A stretch of 64,000 bases of DNA, from positions 10,863,175-10,927,174 of the forward strand of contig MU056000.1 of NCBI GenBank assembly GCA_013239625.1, in the 5' to 3' direction. Below are positions 49,071 to 62,600 of the stretch, one piece after another. Every line of letters begins with the position of its first letter. Within the stretch, counting starts at the first letter, position 1. The position numbers were made by a program, and so were the translations under genes. The DNA comes from Lama guanicoe (taxonomy: Eukaryota). The notes below the pieces were generated by a model. It saw only the letters and a program-made list of their open reading frames with translations. It ran no database searches and was not told the DNA's origin.

Positions 49071-49644
49071 TGTAAGGGGAACAGAATGAAATTTAGAATC
49101 AGAGGATTTAAATTTGAATCCTACTTCTACTACTTACCACCTCTTCAATTTGGGAAGATGGTTTTGTATTTCCAGGTCTCAATTTCCTTAATTTTAAAGT
49201 GGGAGGGAGGAAACTTGTCAGAAAGGGCTAGCTTGAGATAAAACACAAAGAAGTGACTGGGGTTCCTGAGCCCTGCTCACTCAGCCTCTCCTACCACAAA
49301 CAGTCCCTCCAGGCACAGGTAGAAGCCTTAGTGTCTGCTCCCCTGGACTGGCTGGGTTAGAGAGCAATAATATCCATTTTTATACCTGGTTGATACAGCT
49401 TCTAATATTTTATTCATGATTTTACATTTCAGTATAATTTTGCAGCTTATGCTTTTCTTATTTAGTTTTGGTGTCAAGGTTTTACAAATTTCATGAAATA
49501 AGTTAAGAATCATTCTCTAATTTTTTGTTCTTTGGAAGAGTTTTTGTAAGACTAGAATTATTCCATCTTGAATACTTGGCGTAAGTTGTTTGCTTTGAAA
49601 TCTGGTGGGATTTTGACAGGTATATTCCTTTTTGGGGGGAGGGT

Positions 49645-49724
49645 TTTTTCTGGTTTTTTTTCAATTGAAGTATAGTTGATTTACAATGTTGTATTAGTTT
49701 CTGGTGTAAGCAAAGTGATTCATA

Positions 49725-49761
<37 letters not shown>

Positions 49762-50296
49762 TTTTCAGATTCTTTTTCATTATAGGATATTGAATATAGT
49801 TTCCTGTTCCATACAGTAGAAACTTATTGTTTATCTATTTTATATATAGTAGTGTGTCTGCTAATCCCAAACTCCTAATTTATCCCTCCCCCCAAATTCT
49901 TTCCACTTTGGTAACCATAAATTTGCTTTCCATGTCTGTGAGTCTATTTGTTTTGTGAATAAGTTCATTTGTGTCATTTTTCTTAGATTCCACATATTAG
50001 CACGATATCATATTACATTTGTCTTTCTCTGTCTGACTTACTTCATTTAGCATGATAATCTTGAAGTCCACATTGCTGCAAAAGGCATTATTTTAATTCT
50101 TTTTTATGGCTGAGTAATATTTCATTGTATATATCTACCACATCTTCTTTATCCATTCATTTTTCTGTCAATAGACACTTAGTTTGCTTCCATGTCTTGG
50201 CTACTGTAAATAGTGCTGCTATGAACATTGGGGTGCATGTATCTTTTTGAATTAGAGTTTTTGTCTTTTCTGGATGTATGCCCAGGAGTGGGATTG
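49645..50296 (-). mobile_element. 5'-truncated L1 3' end containing (TA)n at ~49722-49758
   Basis: ttgaagtatagttgatttacaatgttg...ttagattccacatat...gctatgaacattggggtgcatgtatc...cccaggagtgggattg. Flanked by older L1M remnants (~49400-49620 and ~50330-50830). Confidence 0.9.
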
Positions 50297-51579
50297 AATG
50301 AATAATAATAGGTTTAATGCAGTCTAAAGTAAATCATTATCTTTATTCTCTTCTCATATAATGTGTGACCTTAGAACAGTTTTAAACTAACCAATTCTCT
50401 CTTAAATGTTATTTCTAGCCAATGTACTATTTCAATCATTTAACTTTTTAAAATCAAATGTGATTATTATTGTTTGAAACAGTTGATGTTTGTTTAGCTC
50501 TAACCATGTTCATCATTTTCTTTGCTCGTCCCTCCTTGGTGGGTCTCCACCGTCCCTTCTGGGACCATTTTCTTCATTTGTGATGTACTTGTTTTACTGT
50601 AATGTATGTTATTGCCTATTCTCTTGTTTTCTTTTTTTTTCTTGAAAATATCTTTATTTTTGTCCTCATTCTTGAATGATAGTTTAGCTATGTATGGAAT
50701 TCTTAGTTAATAGTTACATTCTCATAGCATTTTGAAGGTATGAATGCTCTGTGTTCTAGCCTCCATTGTTACTATTAAGAAGTCAATTGCTGGTTGAATT
50801 ATTGTGACTAATCTCCCCATTCTCTCCGACTTTTTTTCTTGATCATCTCATGATCAATATATGTAATCACTCACTGTCATAAATTCCTTTCTTTATAACT
50901 AGACTAAAATCTTTTCTGTGTTAGAAAGATTATTTTTCTTAGCCTTGTTCTTACAGAAATCATACTGAATATAGTTATTCATCATTTCTTTATTAATTAT
51001 TTTATTTAAATAGGATTTATTGAATATCCTCTACACACTTAGAATTGTTCTAAGCACTACAGATGAAGGACAAAAAAAAAAAACCCAGAGAGAAGGCCTA
51101 TGTTCTAATAAAGTTTCTCTTCTACATTAGACAATTAAGCCCTGCTTCATTCTTTCATAGGCTATGAAAATATTGAGATCATTTACAATTTTCCTTATGT
51201 GGTTAATTTTCCACCCTTTAATAACTCTTATTTTTCTCCTAGGTCTCCTTGACACGGACTTTGTAACCTTGAGTCTGTCAAAGTATGTTAATGGTGAGTC
51301 TGTGCAAAGCTCCAGTCAAGATTTCAGTGGTCTCATACGTAAAAGTTTTCTTTAATTTCATAGTTACAGGGGAGTATCCAGAGTGGAATTTAAGGTACCA
51401 GGACCCCCTGTCAAGCTTCAACAGCAGAGTGGTCTTGAACAAATTCCTAAATCATTCTGGATTCTAATGTCCAAAATTCAAGAACAAAGTGGTTCCAGTG
51501 ATAATTTAGGTTGTTCTAGTTCTATACTCTATTTTCCAAAGCACCATAAAGTAGACACCTTGGTGATGAGCCCTGAAAT

Positions 51580-52070
51580 CCAGCCTCTCCTATTCAGTTG
51601 CAGAGACAAAGAGTGTTTCTTACATTTGAATCAGGGAAGACTTCATCCGCAAAACCACAAAGCAGAAAACCCAGCTTGGCGTCTTCAATAGAAGGAGATC
51701 TATCATCTCACCAACAAATCCTAAATAGGTAAATTCAGGGTTGGTGTAGCTGCTTACAAGTGTCACCGGGACCCTCGGCTCCTTCTCTCTCTTTGTTGCA
51801 AGCCATCATTTCAAGAACATTGTTCTTGGACAGTAACCAGGTCTTGGGGCATCAGATCTCCACTTCAAGCAGCAAAAGAAGGAAGAAGGAAAAAGCCAAA
51901 GAGGCAAAATGGGCCATAGTTCCTAAACTCATCCCTTTGAAAAAGTCTTTCTTGGAAATTTCCTCCACTGACTTCTATGAACGTGTAATTGTCCAAAATG
52001 GTGTCACATGGTTATTCTTATCTGTTAATAGTGATGAAAAATTGAGTATTTTCAGCCTTTCTATTGGAAG
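51580..52070 (-). mobile_element. Old MaLR LTR (MLT1J/K-like)
   Basis: ttcagttgcagagaca...tttcttggaaatttcctcc...gacttct...aattgtccaaaatggtgtcacatggtt. Confidence 0.55.
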
Positions 52071-52899
52071 AAGCTAACATATTTAAATTCTGTAATTATT
52101 ACCCATCTTGTCTTTGTGATAAAATAAAGACTTAGATATAATGAATCATGGACTAAGAAAAAACATCCAATCATAGTAAAAACAAACAAGACACAATTCA
52201 ATGAGGGAATGTGATTAACTAAAAGTGTGCAGTTTTGAATTAAATGTGTATTTCCTTTGCTCTACACTTTAATCCCGCCAGATGTTCTCTTGAGAGAGAA
52301 GCAAAGTGCCTTCTGTTACCTCTGTTCTAATATATAAATATGATCTTACAATGGAGAGGGAGAGGGGAAGAGAAACTAGGGGAAGAGAGAGAAGAAACAG
52401 AGTGAGAGCAAGAGAGAGAGAGATTCAGTAGACGGTTAATGTGGTTACTTTCTGTTCTCCAGCAACAATGGCATTTACTTGATGATGATTATATGCAATG
52501 GAATGCATGTTGTCGATCAATTGAGTTTATCCTGTGGACTGCTCTTTGTGCTGGTGTAAGTGGCTATAAATGAATTCTCTGCTAGCACTGTGTACTTAAA
52601 ACTCCTTCTAGTGCACTTGGCTCTTCATGCTCACGGTACAGCACTAGTCTGACTGCTTAATGTTTCAAATATGGTGTGATATAATAAAAAGTGTATGAGA
52701 GTAAGGATCACAAAATCTGAATTTAAGAGCTTGGCTCCATGAATCTCATCAATTTTATTATCTGTCAAAACAAGAAAGAAAACATCACCACCCAAAACAT
52801 GTGATTGCTGTAAGAACTGATGAGAAGAAATTCATCATGATACTGTGCTATACTTACAGAAAAGTAACATTCAGCATTCCACCAATCTCATGGAGAAAT

Positions 52900-53800
52900 A
52901 GGCAAAGAAATAATTACTTTATGATATGATCATCACTAAAATGGAAATATATATACACAAGTGAAAGGGCAGCTGCAATGAATGTTTAAATCTGTGCAGG
53001 GAACTAGAAAGTTCTGCTCAGAGAATGCAATCTTGAGCTGAGACTTTTAAGAACATAACGTCTTCCAGGAGGATAAGATGTGTGAGGGAATTGGGGGAAG
53101 AAAAGGAGAAGCCAAGAACTACTATTGGTTAAAAATTACCAAATACAGGATGTTAAGAGAGTGCAATGGACAGAAGGGTGGACAAGTCAGCTACGGCCAG
53201 ATCATAGAGAACCTTATCTGCCTTATTAAGGAGGCCTATTGTATTGTGTAGGGTGTAGAGGTGCCAAAAAACCTTAAGGAAAGTAAAGAACAGACAGTGA
53301 GAAAGGAGAAAATGAGTGCCCTTCTTACAATGTGCAGGGAATTGGCTGGGAAGCCTGTGAGCAGACTGGCCACTGCAATCATCCAACATGGAATGACAGG
53401 ACCTACACTATGAATATGTCTGGGAGTGGGTAGGTAGGCTGGAGGTATATTTAGGAGGTAAGTTAACTGGATATTTTAATCAACTATCTGGAAGGGGAGG
53501 AAACTGGTTGATGCTCAGACTTTTGTCTTAAGATGGTTGGGTGAATGTAAGTACCATCCTCTGAGATAGGGAATATAGGAGACAGAGTCAGAGTAAAGGG
53601 GAGGTCAAGAGTAAAGTGCAAAACATACAGAATTGAAAATATAGACAAGGTGGGAGAGCAGATTACAGATGATCAAAGTAGAGATATTCAAACAACAATT
53701 AGATAGCCTTTCATTCACTCAGTTATTTAACAGTCATTAAACACCTATGGACCAGGCACCAGGCTGAGCAGAGAGGATGTAAGATGATAAAGATGCAGTT
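52900..53800 (-). mobile_element. L2 fragments
   Basis: tgagctgagactttta...ggccagatcatagagaacctt...gatgctcagactttt...ctgagatagggaatatagga; a second L2 tail at 53710-53800. Confidence 0.7.
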
Positions 53801-53805
53801 CCCTC

Positions 53806-54003
53806 AAACAGATAAACAACAAGGACCTCCTGTACAGCACAGGAAACTATATTCAACTTCTTGTAATAAGCCATAATGGAAAAGAAACTGAAAAAATATA
53901 TATGTATGTATGTATGTATATGAATAACTGAATCACTTTGCTGTATACCTGAAACTAACATTGTAAATTGACTATGCTTCAATAAAAAACAAGAATAAAA
54001 AAA
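53806..54003 (+). mobile_element. L1 3' end
   Basis: agataaacaacaaggacctcctgtacagcacaggaaactatattcaa...aacattgtaaattgactatgcttcaataaaaa. Confidence 0.88.
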
Positions 54004-54120
54004 GGATTTTATTGCCCCATAGGAAAATAGTCATATACCCATGTAAGCCCAAAGAAACCATTATAAATGTTAAGATACAAGTAAATGTAGAACATGGGGG
54101 ATAATAAATGAATTCAACTC

Positions 54121-54582
54121 TTTTTTAAAATTGAAGCATAGCTGGTTTACAAGTTTATATTGCAAGTTTATATACAGTATAGTGATTTGATATTTTTTAG
54201 ATTATACCCCATTTAAAGTTATTATAAAATATTGATTGGCTATACTCCCTGTGCTGCCCATTGTACCTTTGTATCTTATTTATTTTATACCTAGTAGTTT
54301 GTGCTTCTTAATTCCCTTCTCCTATCCTGCCCCTCCCCTCCCCCACTCCCACTGATCACTACTAGTTGTTCTCTTTATCTATGAGTCTGTTTCTGTTTTG
54401 TTATATTCATTCATTTGTTTTAATTTTTAGATTCCACATATATGTGATAACACAGAATATTTGTCTTTCTCTGTCTGGCTTACTTCACTAAGCATAATAC
54501 CTTCTGTGTAGAAAATGGCAAAATTTCATTCTTTATATGGCTAACTAACATTCTTCTGTATATATATACAACGTCTTTATCC
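54121..54582 (-). mobile_element. L1 3' end with diverged TSD
   Basis: Antisense 3'UTR; flanks aaatgaattcaactctt (54107-54123) and aaatgaattcatttctt (54583-54599). Confidence 0.9.
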
Positions 54583-54754
54583 AAATGAATTCATTTCTTG
54601 CAAGGAAAGTCTAGAATGGAGGCACTTTATTTGAGAACATTAACATGAATGTGATTGGTGAACTCTTGGACATCACTAGAATTGCACATGGAGACACATA
54701 AGATAAAAAGTGTGGTCTGAACCTGGGAATCATGGAGAAGCTTGAGAAAAGGGA

Positions 54755-54980
54755 GGCAGGACAGAGCAGCACTTAAGAGCACGGGGTTTGCTGCAAGAAA
54801 GACCGGGATCTGAGTCTCAGCTCTGTCTCTGCTAGATGCATGACCTTGTAAAACTTATTCGATCTCTTTAAGGATATTTTATCATCTGAAAAATGGGTGT
54901 GATATTATTAGCTCTGACTCAAAAGAGTATTGAAAGAACTAGGGAAATCATGGTTGGAGACTACAAAGCACTTAACATTT
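54755..54980 (-). mobile_element. MIR (L2 remnant follows at ~55030-55400)
   Basis: cttaagagcacggggtttg...gagtctcagctctgtctct...tgaccttgtaaaacttatt...catctgaaaaatgggt. Confidence 0.7.
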
Positions 54981-57900
54981 TATGTCAGAAAATGAAAAAT
55001 GTTTTAAATCTTCAATAAAATTGGAAAACAAGGAAGCTGGCAATAAAACCAAGGACACTGTCCTGCTATGGCATTCAGGAAAGATCAAAATCTCAAGATA
55101 GGAGTCAGCAGACATTGTGGCAGACATTGCAGAGAGGTTAACACGGTGGGGAATGAAAACTGTCTGTTGGATTGGAAGATAGGAAGCCATTGGTGGCTTA
55201 ATAAAAGTAGTTTCCAAAGTCTGGTGGGGCCATCTTGCAGTAGTTTGAAAAATGAATGACAGGTGAAGAATTCCAAAGAGCAAGTCATATGTATTCTTTC
55301 AGAAATTTTTTTCTATACAGCGAAGGGGAGTAACTTCAGGGAGACAAAGTGTCAGTAAAAGTGCTTTATTTTTCCTTGAAGATGGTAAAAAATTATTTTC
55401 CACGTGGATAGGAGAGAATCAATGGAGAGGAAAGTGGTGAAGAAACAGCAAAGAAGGGGTACTTGATGGCTTGAGGTCTAGAAGACCGCTGGGGACAAGA
55501 GGACCAGAGTACTCTGGCTGGATGAGCTGAAAGGAGAACCCAAGTCAGCAAGGATGGAGGAACTATCTTGTCTAGATCATCTCCATTGGTTGAGCTTCGG
55601 GTTTCACTGAGATGAGTGGTAACTGCATCCAGGGATCGAGCAGGTGGTTCACATGAATGAAGCTGGCCTGCCTGAAGCACGTCTGCAACGTTACAGGAGT
55701 GGTGGGATGTAGACAGAATTGGTGCTCTCGGGCTCCTCAGCCCCAGCAAATTGTACTTGTAGGAATATTGAAGCCAGGGTTGTGAGATATTCCTGTTCTT
55801 CAAAAGCAGCCAGAAGCCTGGACTTCATGTGAAATACCCTGATTTTTATTTTGGTCTACATTTAAGGGGGAAAGAAAAGCCAAACCCAACAAAAACCCAT
55901 TCACAAGCCAAACTTAGCTTATGGACCACGAGATTGCAGCTCTACCGTGAGAGAAAAAAGCAGAGCTCTGGAAGTGATAGAGATCCTGCAGTGGGAAGCA
56001 GACATCATCTGAGCTTGGTCCAGGGGGCATCAGCCTCTGAACAAGTAAGGCAAACATGTAGAGAGGGATAAATGGTCAGGGGTCAGTAGACTGTGAACTA
56101 TCTGACTTAGTTGTCGCTCTAAAGGTGGATGTTCATGGTTGCTTTAAGTGAAATCTTCAGTGGCAGTAAGAAGAAAGTCAATGTTATTCTTCATCTTCTA
56201 AAGGTGCTTTCAGTTTCCGCCTTGCCCTGACACAGGCATGCCCTGTCACTCTTGACATGCTGACACTCCACCCACATATCTAGTCATCTTTCTCCATTAC
56301 TACTGCTGCATTTTGCTTCCCCTTGGTCCCCTGGTACCAAAGCTGAAGTGTGAGATGGACAAAAGGGAGTGGTTCAAACTGGGGGAAAAAAAAGAGTTCA
56401 ATCTAATTTCATCCCCTTTCCCCATGTTACCCCACCTCTAGACATGATGAAAAGGATGGCAGTTTCCTATATTACAAAAGTAAGCTACATTCCATTAATG
56501 TTGTAATCTCCTTGGCCCCATCTCTAACCTGGCAAGCGTGAAGAACATGGAAAGTTTATATACTGAAAGAGACTTTTAGATTAGCTCATGTTTTGTTTGG
56601 AAAATGTATGACTCTGCTTGGAGATAGTATAGTAATGCAGTTCCTTGATGGTGTGGGGGGAATATTGTGACATTTCCTAAACATAATAGTTTCGTGGTTT
56701 CTTGGGATGGAAAATGTCTAGAGGAAACCTGCAAAAAATTGTTTTGTAAACTTAACAGAAACTTGAGATTAAAAATGTCATTTTTGGCTCTAACTGCAAT
56801 AACTGCTTAGTACCATATGTGTATTTTAAAAGATTTAAGAATAAAACATTTAATCATCTGCATACAGGATTATATCTGTAACTTTTTAGTAGGAAATGTT
56901 CGGTTTTAACACGTTTGGCATTCTCTTTGTATAGGTAATTCTAATTGCTTCTACCAGGGGTCTCCAAAACCTTTGCACACGTGGAACTAGGGGTGTCTGC
57001 TCCTTGCTATGCCCTTGGTGACTAGACCAACATTATCTGTAAAATGTATAAATGGTGGGCGTGTCTGAGAGATATGCATTAGTTTGCATATAATCATTTT
57101 GTTATTTCTAAAAGTTTGGTTGTGCCTCAGTTTTCATAATTAGGTGCTTACCTTTAGATGGTACCGATACCTCATTGTAGTAACTCAGATTTTTTGCTGT
57201 GTCAACACAGCTCTTCCACATGGAACTAATTGGTCCTGATTTCTTTTCCCACTTAGCTGCTGAATTCCTTCAACACTGTGTAGACAGAGGAAGAAAATAT
57301 TTTCTAGGAAATCCAAGAAGGGGCTTTAGTCCCTACTGCAACTTTCCTAAACCCTCTTCTGTAGAACACTAATCTAACTCAAGATGTTAATAGAGGTCTG
57401 CCAAAAAAAGCTTATAGTGGCTAACAAAGTTTAGGAAATACAGCACTTGGTGTCCCCACATCTGGGAGAGTCTCAATGTGTATTAGTTTATTAAGGGCTT
57501 TGAAGAGTCCTTCAATAAAATAAATCTGGCTAATTTCATTCATTCAGGTACTCGCAATTTTTTGACTATGGATCTATTTCGACGATGTTATGTGTTCCAT
57601 ACAAACAACTTAGAAAATGCTGCCATGCCTTGTATTTATATCCTTGTGCTAATTCTTAAGATATTCTAAATCAAATTGAAGAATCACGATAAAGAAATTT
57701 GAACATCACTTCTCTTCTGCCGTTTATAAGAGTACTCTTTATTTCTTTAAAATATACAGTAACCTCTGAAGTATGTGAAAATATATGAGGAATAGTTAAA
57801 CGGCCCAATGGAGTTCTTTGGTTTCTAAGGCACATTTTTCTAAGCCAAAAATACTCTTTGAAAAGTGGAAAAATAGATACAACTACCCATTTTAGTGACC

Positions 57901-58760
57901 ATTTTCATTTTGTCTGTGATAAATTCAAAATTCCCAATGGTATACTGCATTGTCTTTATCTACAACTAATTCTGCTTTAAACACAAAATGTACAACAATC
58001 TGGTATTGGCAGAAAATTGTCTCTTGACATGCTTACATGCCATAGAATATGAAACATTTTCAAGATGAGAGAAAATTTGATATTGTCTGCGTCAACATGG
58101 TATGGACTGCATTTTATAAGAAACTGAACTTCTGTTTCTGTTAGGTTCACATACGTTGTTTCACTCCTGGGGAAAGAAGTATGTGTAGTAAGCATATGAA
58201 CAGAGTTGCTGAGAACAGACAGAACTTATTTATTTCAAAATCTAAATGAGTGTTCTATTCCTCAAGAGTTTGGTGCACCCACACTTTAAAAGTTGAGCAG
58301 TTAAATTGAAAAACAGAACCCTACATGTGACCAGGAATTCAGCATCCTGTGTTTTAGCCACACTTCCCCTTAGATGTGTTCTGGAAGGTTAGTAAAATTA
58401 TTTTAGGTCTCAGTCTTTTTTTTATGGAAATGGGAACAACACAGAGCAGGATATTAATGTCTAAGCCTGACTGTGTCTTCCTCAAGAAGGATTAAAAAAT
58501 ACACACACAGTACAATTTGACTGTGGAAGGTCTGGAACTTATCTGTGCAGCTTGATTTCCTAAGCTTTGAGAAGACTGAATTCCTAAAATCATGGATCCT
58601 AATATCTGCAGAGTGATGACTGCATAGACGATAGGAAAAGCATCTAAGTGGTCCAAGGGACAACTACACTCAGGCATTATCCTACTGGTATCTTTTCTTG
58701 TTCCATCCTGAGAAAATTATTTAAAGATAAGTAACTCGTATAACATAAAAACATAAGTGA

Positions 58761-59046
58761 GGGGGTGGGAAGGGATAAAATGGGAATTTGAGATTTGTAG
58801 ATACTAACTACTATATATAAAATAGATAAACAACAAGTTTCCTCTGCATAGCACAGGGAAACTTATTCAATATCTTGTAGTAACCTATGATGAAAAAGAA
58901 TATGGAAACAAACATATGTATGTCTATGTATGACTGAAACATTATGCTGTACACCAGAAATTGATACAACATTGTAAACTGAATATATTTCAGTGAAAAA
59001 AAGAGATTTAGACAATAAAATAAATTGTTTGATACTGGTAAGAAAA
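58761..59046 (+). mobile_element. L1 3' end with extended tail
   Basis: gggggtgggaagggataaa...acaacattgtaaactga; TSD aacataagtga (58750-58760) / aacacaagtga (59050-59060). Confidence 0.9.
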
Positions 59047-59261
59047 AAGAACACAAGTGAATCCACTGTCACTACAAAAAAAACCCCACAAATGACACTA
59101 TAAGAAATAGGGTTTCTTGTAATATTTATTTGTAACATAAATGGACGCTGTTGAATATGAGTTCTTTGTGGGAATCTGGAGTTCCCTAGTCAATTCTGAT
59201 TCCAAGATGGTCATTCAAATTATATAGCAAAGCTTTCGCTGGTCACCTCAGCAGAAATAAT

Positions 59262-59382
59262 TATAAATATATCTATATCCATCTACATATAGACATATAC
59301 ACACATGTACATGTACATGCATATATAATAGGTATATACATATATGTGTACAAAATACATATATGTATAAATGCACATATAT
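59262..59382 (+). repeat. (TA/CA)-rich low-complexity tract
   Basis: atatatctatatcc...catatatgtgtacaaaatacatatatgtata. Confidence 0.8.
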
Positions 59383-59629
59383 TTTCTTTGGCAGAACATC
59401 TTTATTTGGATTGTGAAATTGACATGACAGGTCTGGAGAGCTAAGCCTGCCCCAGCTTCATCCTCACTCCTCATAACCCTCTTCCCAGCAAGCCCTTATA
59501 AGCATGAGCCTGTGAGATTTTGAGAGTAACTCTTCAATAGAGTATCTCCTCTGAAGTTAGTAAATTGCTGTTGATAGGGTTCCTTTTAGATTATTTCACC
59601 AAAATAGAGTAGTTGGTGCTTATGGAATT

Positions 59630-59995
59630 ATGTGGTTGCAAAGAAAGCCCAGTTGCTTGGAGATTCCTCTTTCAGCGTGAGAAGGAATGATACTTTGTGT
59701 TTCCCATGCCTTTTTCTTTTCATGGGATGCAGGAAGACTACGTTTCTCAAAACCTCTTGCTGTGGGTTTGGAGCTATGAAACCGGCCAATGTAATGTGCA
59801 TGGAAGTGATGTGTATTCCAGGTCTGGTGCTCAAAAATACCCCCATGAGAGCAGTCCAGACCCAGGGACCATCCATCCAGCGCTGCCCAGACTCATGACA
59901 CTTTGTGTAAGTGAGAAATAGACTTTTTTTGTATTGTGTCACTGATTTGGAGGGCTTATCTGTCATAACAATCAGCATTGATTTTCCTGACTAAT
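59630..59995 (+). mobile_element. Old MaLR LTR (MLT1J-like)
   Basis: gactacgtttctcaaaacctcttgc...ggccaatgtaatgtgcatggaagtgatgtgt...gtaagtgagaaatagac...ttttcctgactaata. Confidence 0.7.
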
Positions 59996-60180
59996 AAACT
60001 CAGAAAATAATCAAACAGGTTGGCAGTCAAGTACATCCATCAGATTCGGTCCCATTAAATATTTTCATGTGGGCTGGTCTTGTTAGTAATGGGACAAAGT
60101 GTTTATGGGCCCTGAAACATTTACCAATAGTCTGAGAACATGGTATCACATGGAAACAAACATAAACAGCCTGAAAAAAA

Positions 60181-60290
60181 GTGTATAACTGAGAAATTGG
60201 GCTCTACATTGGAATTTGACACAACATTGTAAAATGACTATAACTCAATAAAAAAAGTGTTAAAAAAAAAAAGAAAAAGAAAAAAGAAAA
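60181..60290 (+). mobile_element. Very short young L1 3' end
   Basis: gtataactgagaaattgggctctacattggaatttgacacaacattgtaaaatgactataactcaataaaa plus a long A tail. Confidence 0.9.
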
Positions 60291-60759
60291 TGTGAAAGGG
60301 CCATGGGTTGTTATATTGTTTACCTTAATGGAAATCTTATTCACAGCCAGACTTCTATTTCAGCGAGAAATAAACTCCTTTTGGTCTTCGGCCTTAGGAA
60401 TTTTCCAAATGTATATCATAGGCTGTATATTTCTGGGAACTGTGTCCCAGAGACTCCTGTCTAATTCAGGCAAGAATATTTCCTTTTAAGTATACTTAGT
60501 GTTCACTAACTCATAGGCAAGTCTGCCTCATGTTTCTATTTCAGTCGGTCTCACGTAGAGTTCATCTATATGTTGCATTTCTGCCGAGAGATGGAAAAAT
60601 ATAATTTGAAATCACATACAGGTTATCAAAAATATGGGTAATTTTCCAATCAAATAAATAGACACTAGAGTAAAACGGCACTCTTGAATCCAGGAACAGA
60701 TTGATATGTCCCTGTAGCTAATGAGGTGAGGGAGGGACTGGGCGGAGGGGGAGAAGAAA

Positions 60760-60990
60760 TGGTCTTGGGGCTAGAAAGTCTGCTGCCAAGTTCTTCTCTG
60801 ACATTACTGCCTGTGACCTTGACACGTATCAGGAATCATTTCGTCTTTGAGAGCTTCAGTGTTTTAATTTGCAAGATGGAGAGGATATTATCTTCCCAGC
60901 CTATTTTACGTGCTTGCTTTAAGTTATGAGATGAAATGCATGAAAGTGCTTTATGAAATGCTTTAAACCAACGTGTTATTATAATTAACT
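60760..60990 (-). mobile_element. MIR
   Basis: tgcctgtgaccttgacacg...gagcttcagtgttttaatttgcaagatggagag...gcatgaaagtgctt. Confidence 0.7.
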
Positions 60991-62054
60991 TAGGATTCTT
61001 AGTCAGGGAGTCATGAACCAAAGGTAAAAAGGCACGAACACACATGCCACTCACTTGGTAGATGCGAGGACCCTATAAAGGAAGTGTAAGAAGGAGGGGC
61101 ACCAGAACCTTTCACCTCAAGTATCCCATTTGCTCATTTCTTAGTGTTAAGGGGTTGGGGACTCCCCTTCCTTAAAACTTTGGTGGTTGATTCCTTTGGG
61201 CGTTCTAACCTCAGAAACAAAAACAACATGCTTGTCTCTGGTTTGATTAGTCCTTTAAGATGAAGAAAATAGACAGACATCACTGGAGGGGTTTTCAAAA
61301 CAGGGAGAGAAGACATCCCAGATACAGACAGAAATCATGTGATGCAGATCATAAAATTTCTCCCAAGCTGGATTTAATTAGAAATTGCTGGAACGATTTG
61401 GCATGCAAACAGCTGCTGTCAGATGGACCCAGCAATTCCCAGCCTTGGAACAGCTGTCTGTAGTTTTTCTTTCTCTTTCCAACTAGACCCATGCAGAAAA
61501 CCTGTTATGTTCTGGCAGGGGTTTGGAGCTATTCTCATGAGCTAATCAGATCAGCTTAGATAGTACATGAAAAAGATTTGCATAATTTATATCTAAACAA
61601 TTCTTTATCTTTTGTTGTTGCTGTTGAAGCTTTCTCAGAGTATTTTCAGTGTGAGCTTATGAAATTGTTTTAGAGGGAAAATATTTTGAAACACCGTGGA
61701 AGCTCTAGCAGGGTGGCGGGGGATTCTGGTACACTCTGAGCAGGTACTGTTTGTGTCCTTAAACTTATACGTGAGCTGGAGGCACTCTTCAGCTCAGGCA
61801 TTTGAATGTACTACCAGTTATAAGGAAGTGGAGGGCCAAAGGGTCTTTGAATTTTATTTTGAAAAATTAGGGGCCTTGAGAGATGCTGCTGCTTCCCCTG
61901 GCCAGCCACCATGCAAATAGGTTCTGGGGGTCAGAAGGAAATGGTGAATATTCACGTGTGGTCCAACCCTCTACCCAGGGAAACATTCATTCCAAACGCA
62001 TGCTTCCCTGGTGACCAATAGTCTTATATAGTCATACACAAGGGAGTACAAGAT

Positions 62055-62100
62055 GTGTGTGTGTGTGTGTGTATGTGTGTGTATGAGAGAGAGAGAGAGA
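62055..62100 (+). repeat. Compound (TG)n(GA)n microsatellite
   Basis: Directly visible. Confidence 0.95.
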
Positions 62101-62194
62101 AAGCACTTCTGAAGAGTTCTTGGGGATTTGAATCTACTTTGGGAGTCATTCTGATACAAATCTCCTCCCCACACCCCACACCCCACACCCACCC

Positions 62195-62600
62195 CTACTC
62201 AAAGCAGCTCTAATACTAGACAAAAGTGCTCAAAACCAACCATTTTTCAGCACTCTAGGATCTGATCCAAAGCATGCAGCAACATAAGAAGGGTTTATTC
62301 ATGGAGACTACTGACCCTTGGTTGAGAACTGCGTGAGTCTGTGGCCTCATCCCCAGGGGCTGTTGCTGATCCCCAGCTCTGTCCATGGTAGTTCATCCAG
62401 GGCAGGCAGGGCAGCTGCAAAGCCCATCAGCCTAACTGTCCCTTCAGAAGGGAGTTTGCTTGACTTAGAGCATCATCAGTTACAAGGACAACTCAGTGGC
62501 AAGTCAGCAGGGAGAGCCAGCAGCAAGAATATTTGGGGCAAGCAACATTGGGGCAGACCAGTCAGGGAGTTAGCAGGAATTTTCAGGATGTGAGGCAGCC
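62195..62600 (+). mobile_element. Probable old L1 5'UTR fragment
   Basis: aaaaccaaccatttttcagcactctaggatctgatccaaagcatgcagcaac...gggtttattcatgga resembles L1M 5'-end consensus. Confidence 0.5.

Noticed and set aside
55393..55803. 136-aa ORF
   Set aside because: No homology recognised and no supporting splice or promoter context.
57370..57620. Possible hAT-Charlie remnant
   Set aside because: Too decayed to assign family or ends reliably by eye.
58588..58627. MDPN... start resembling metallothionein
   Set aside because: Stops after 11 codons and lacks the Cys pattern.
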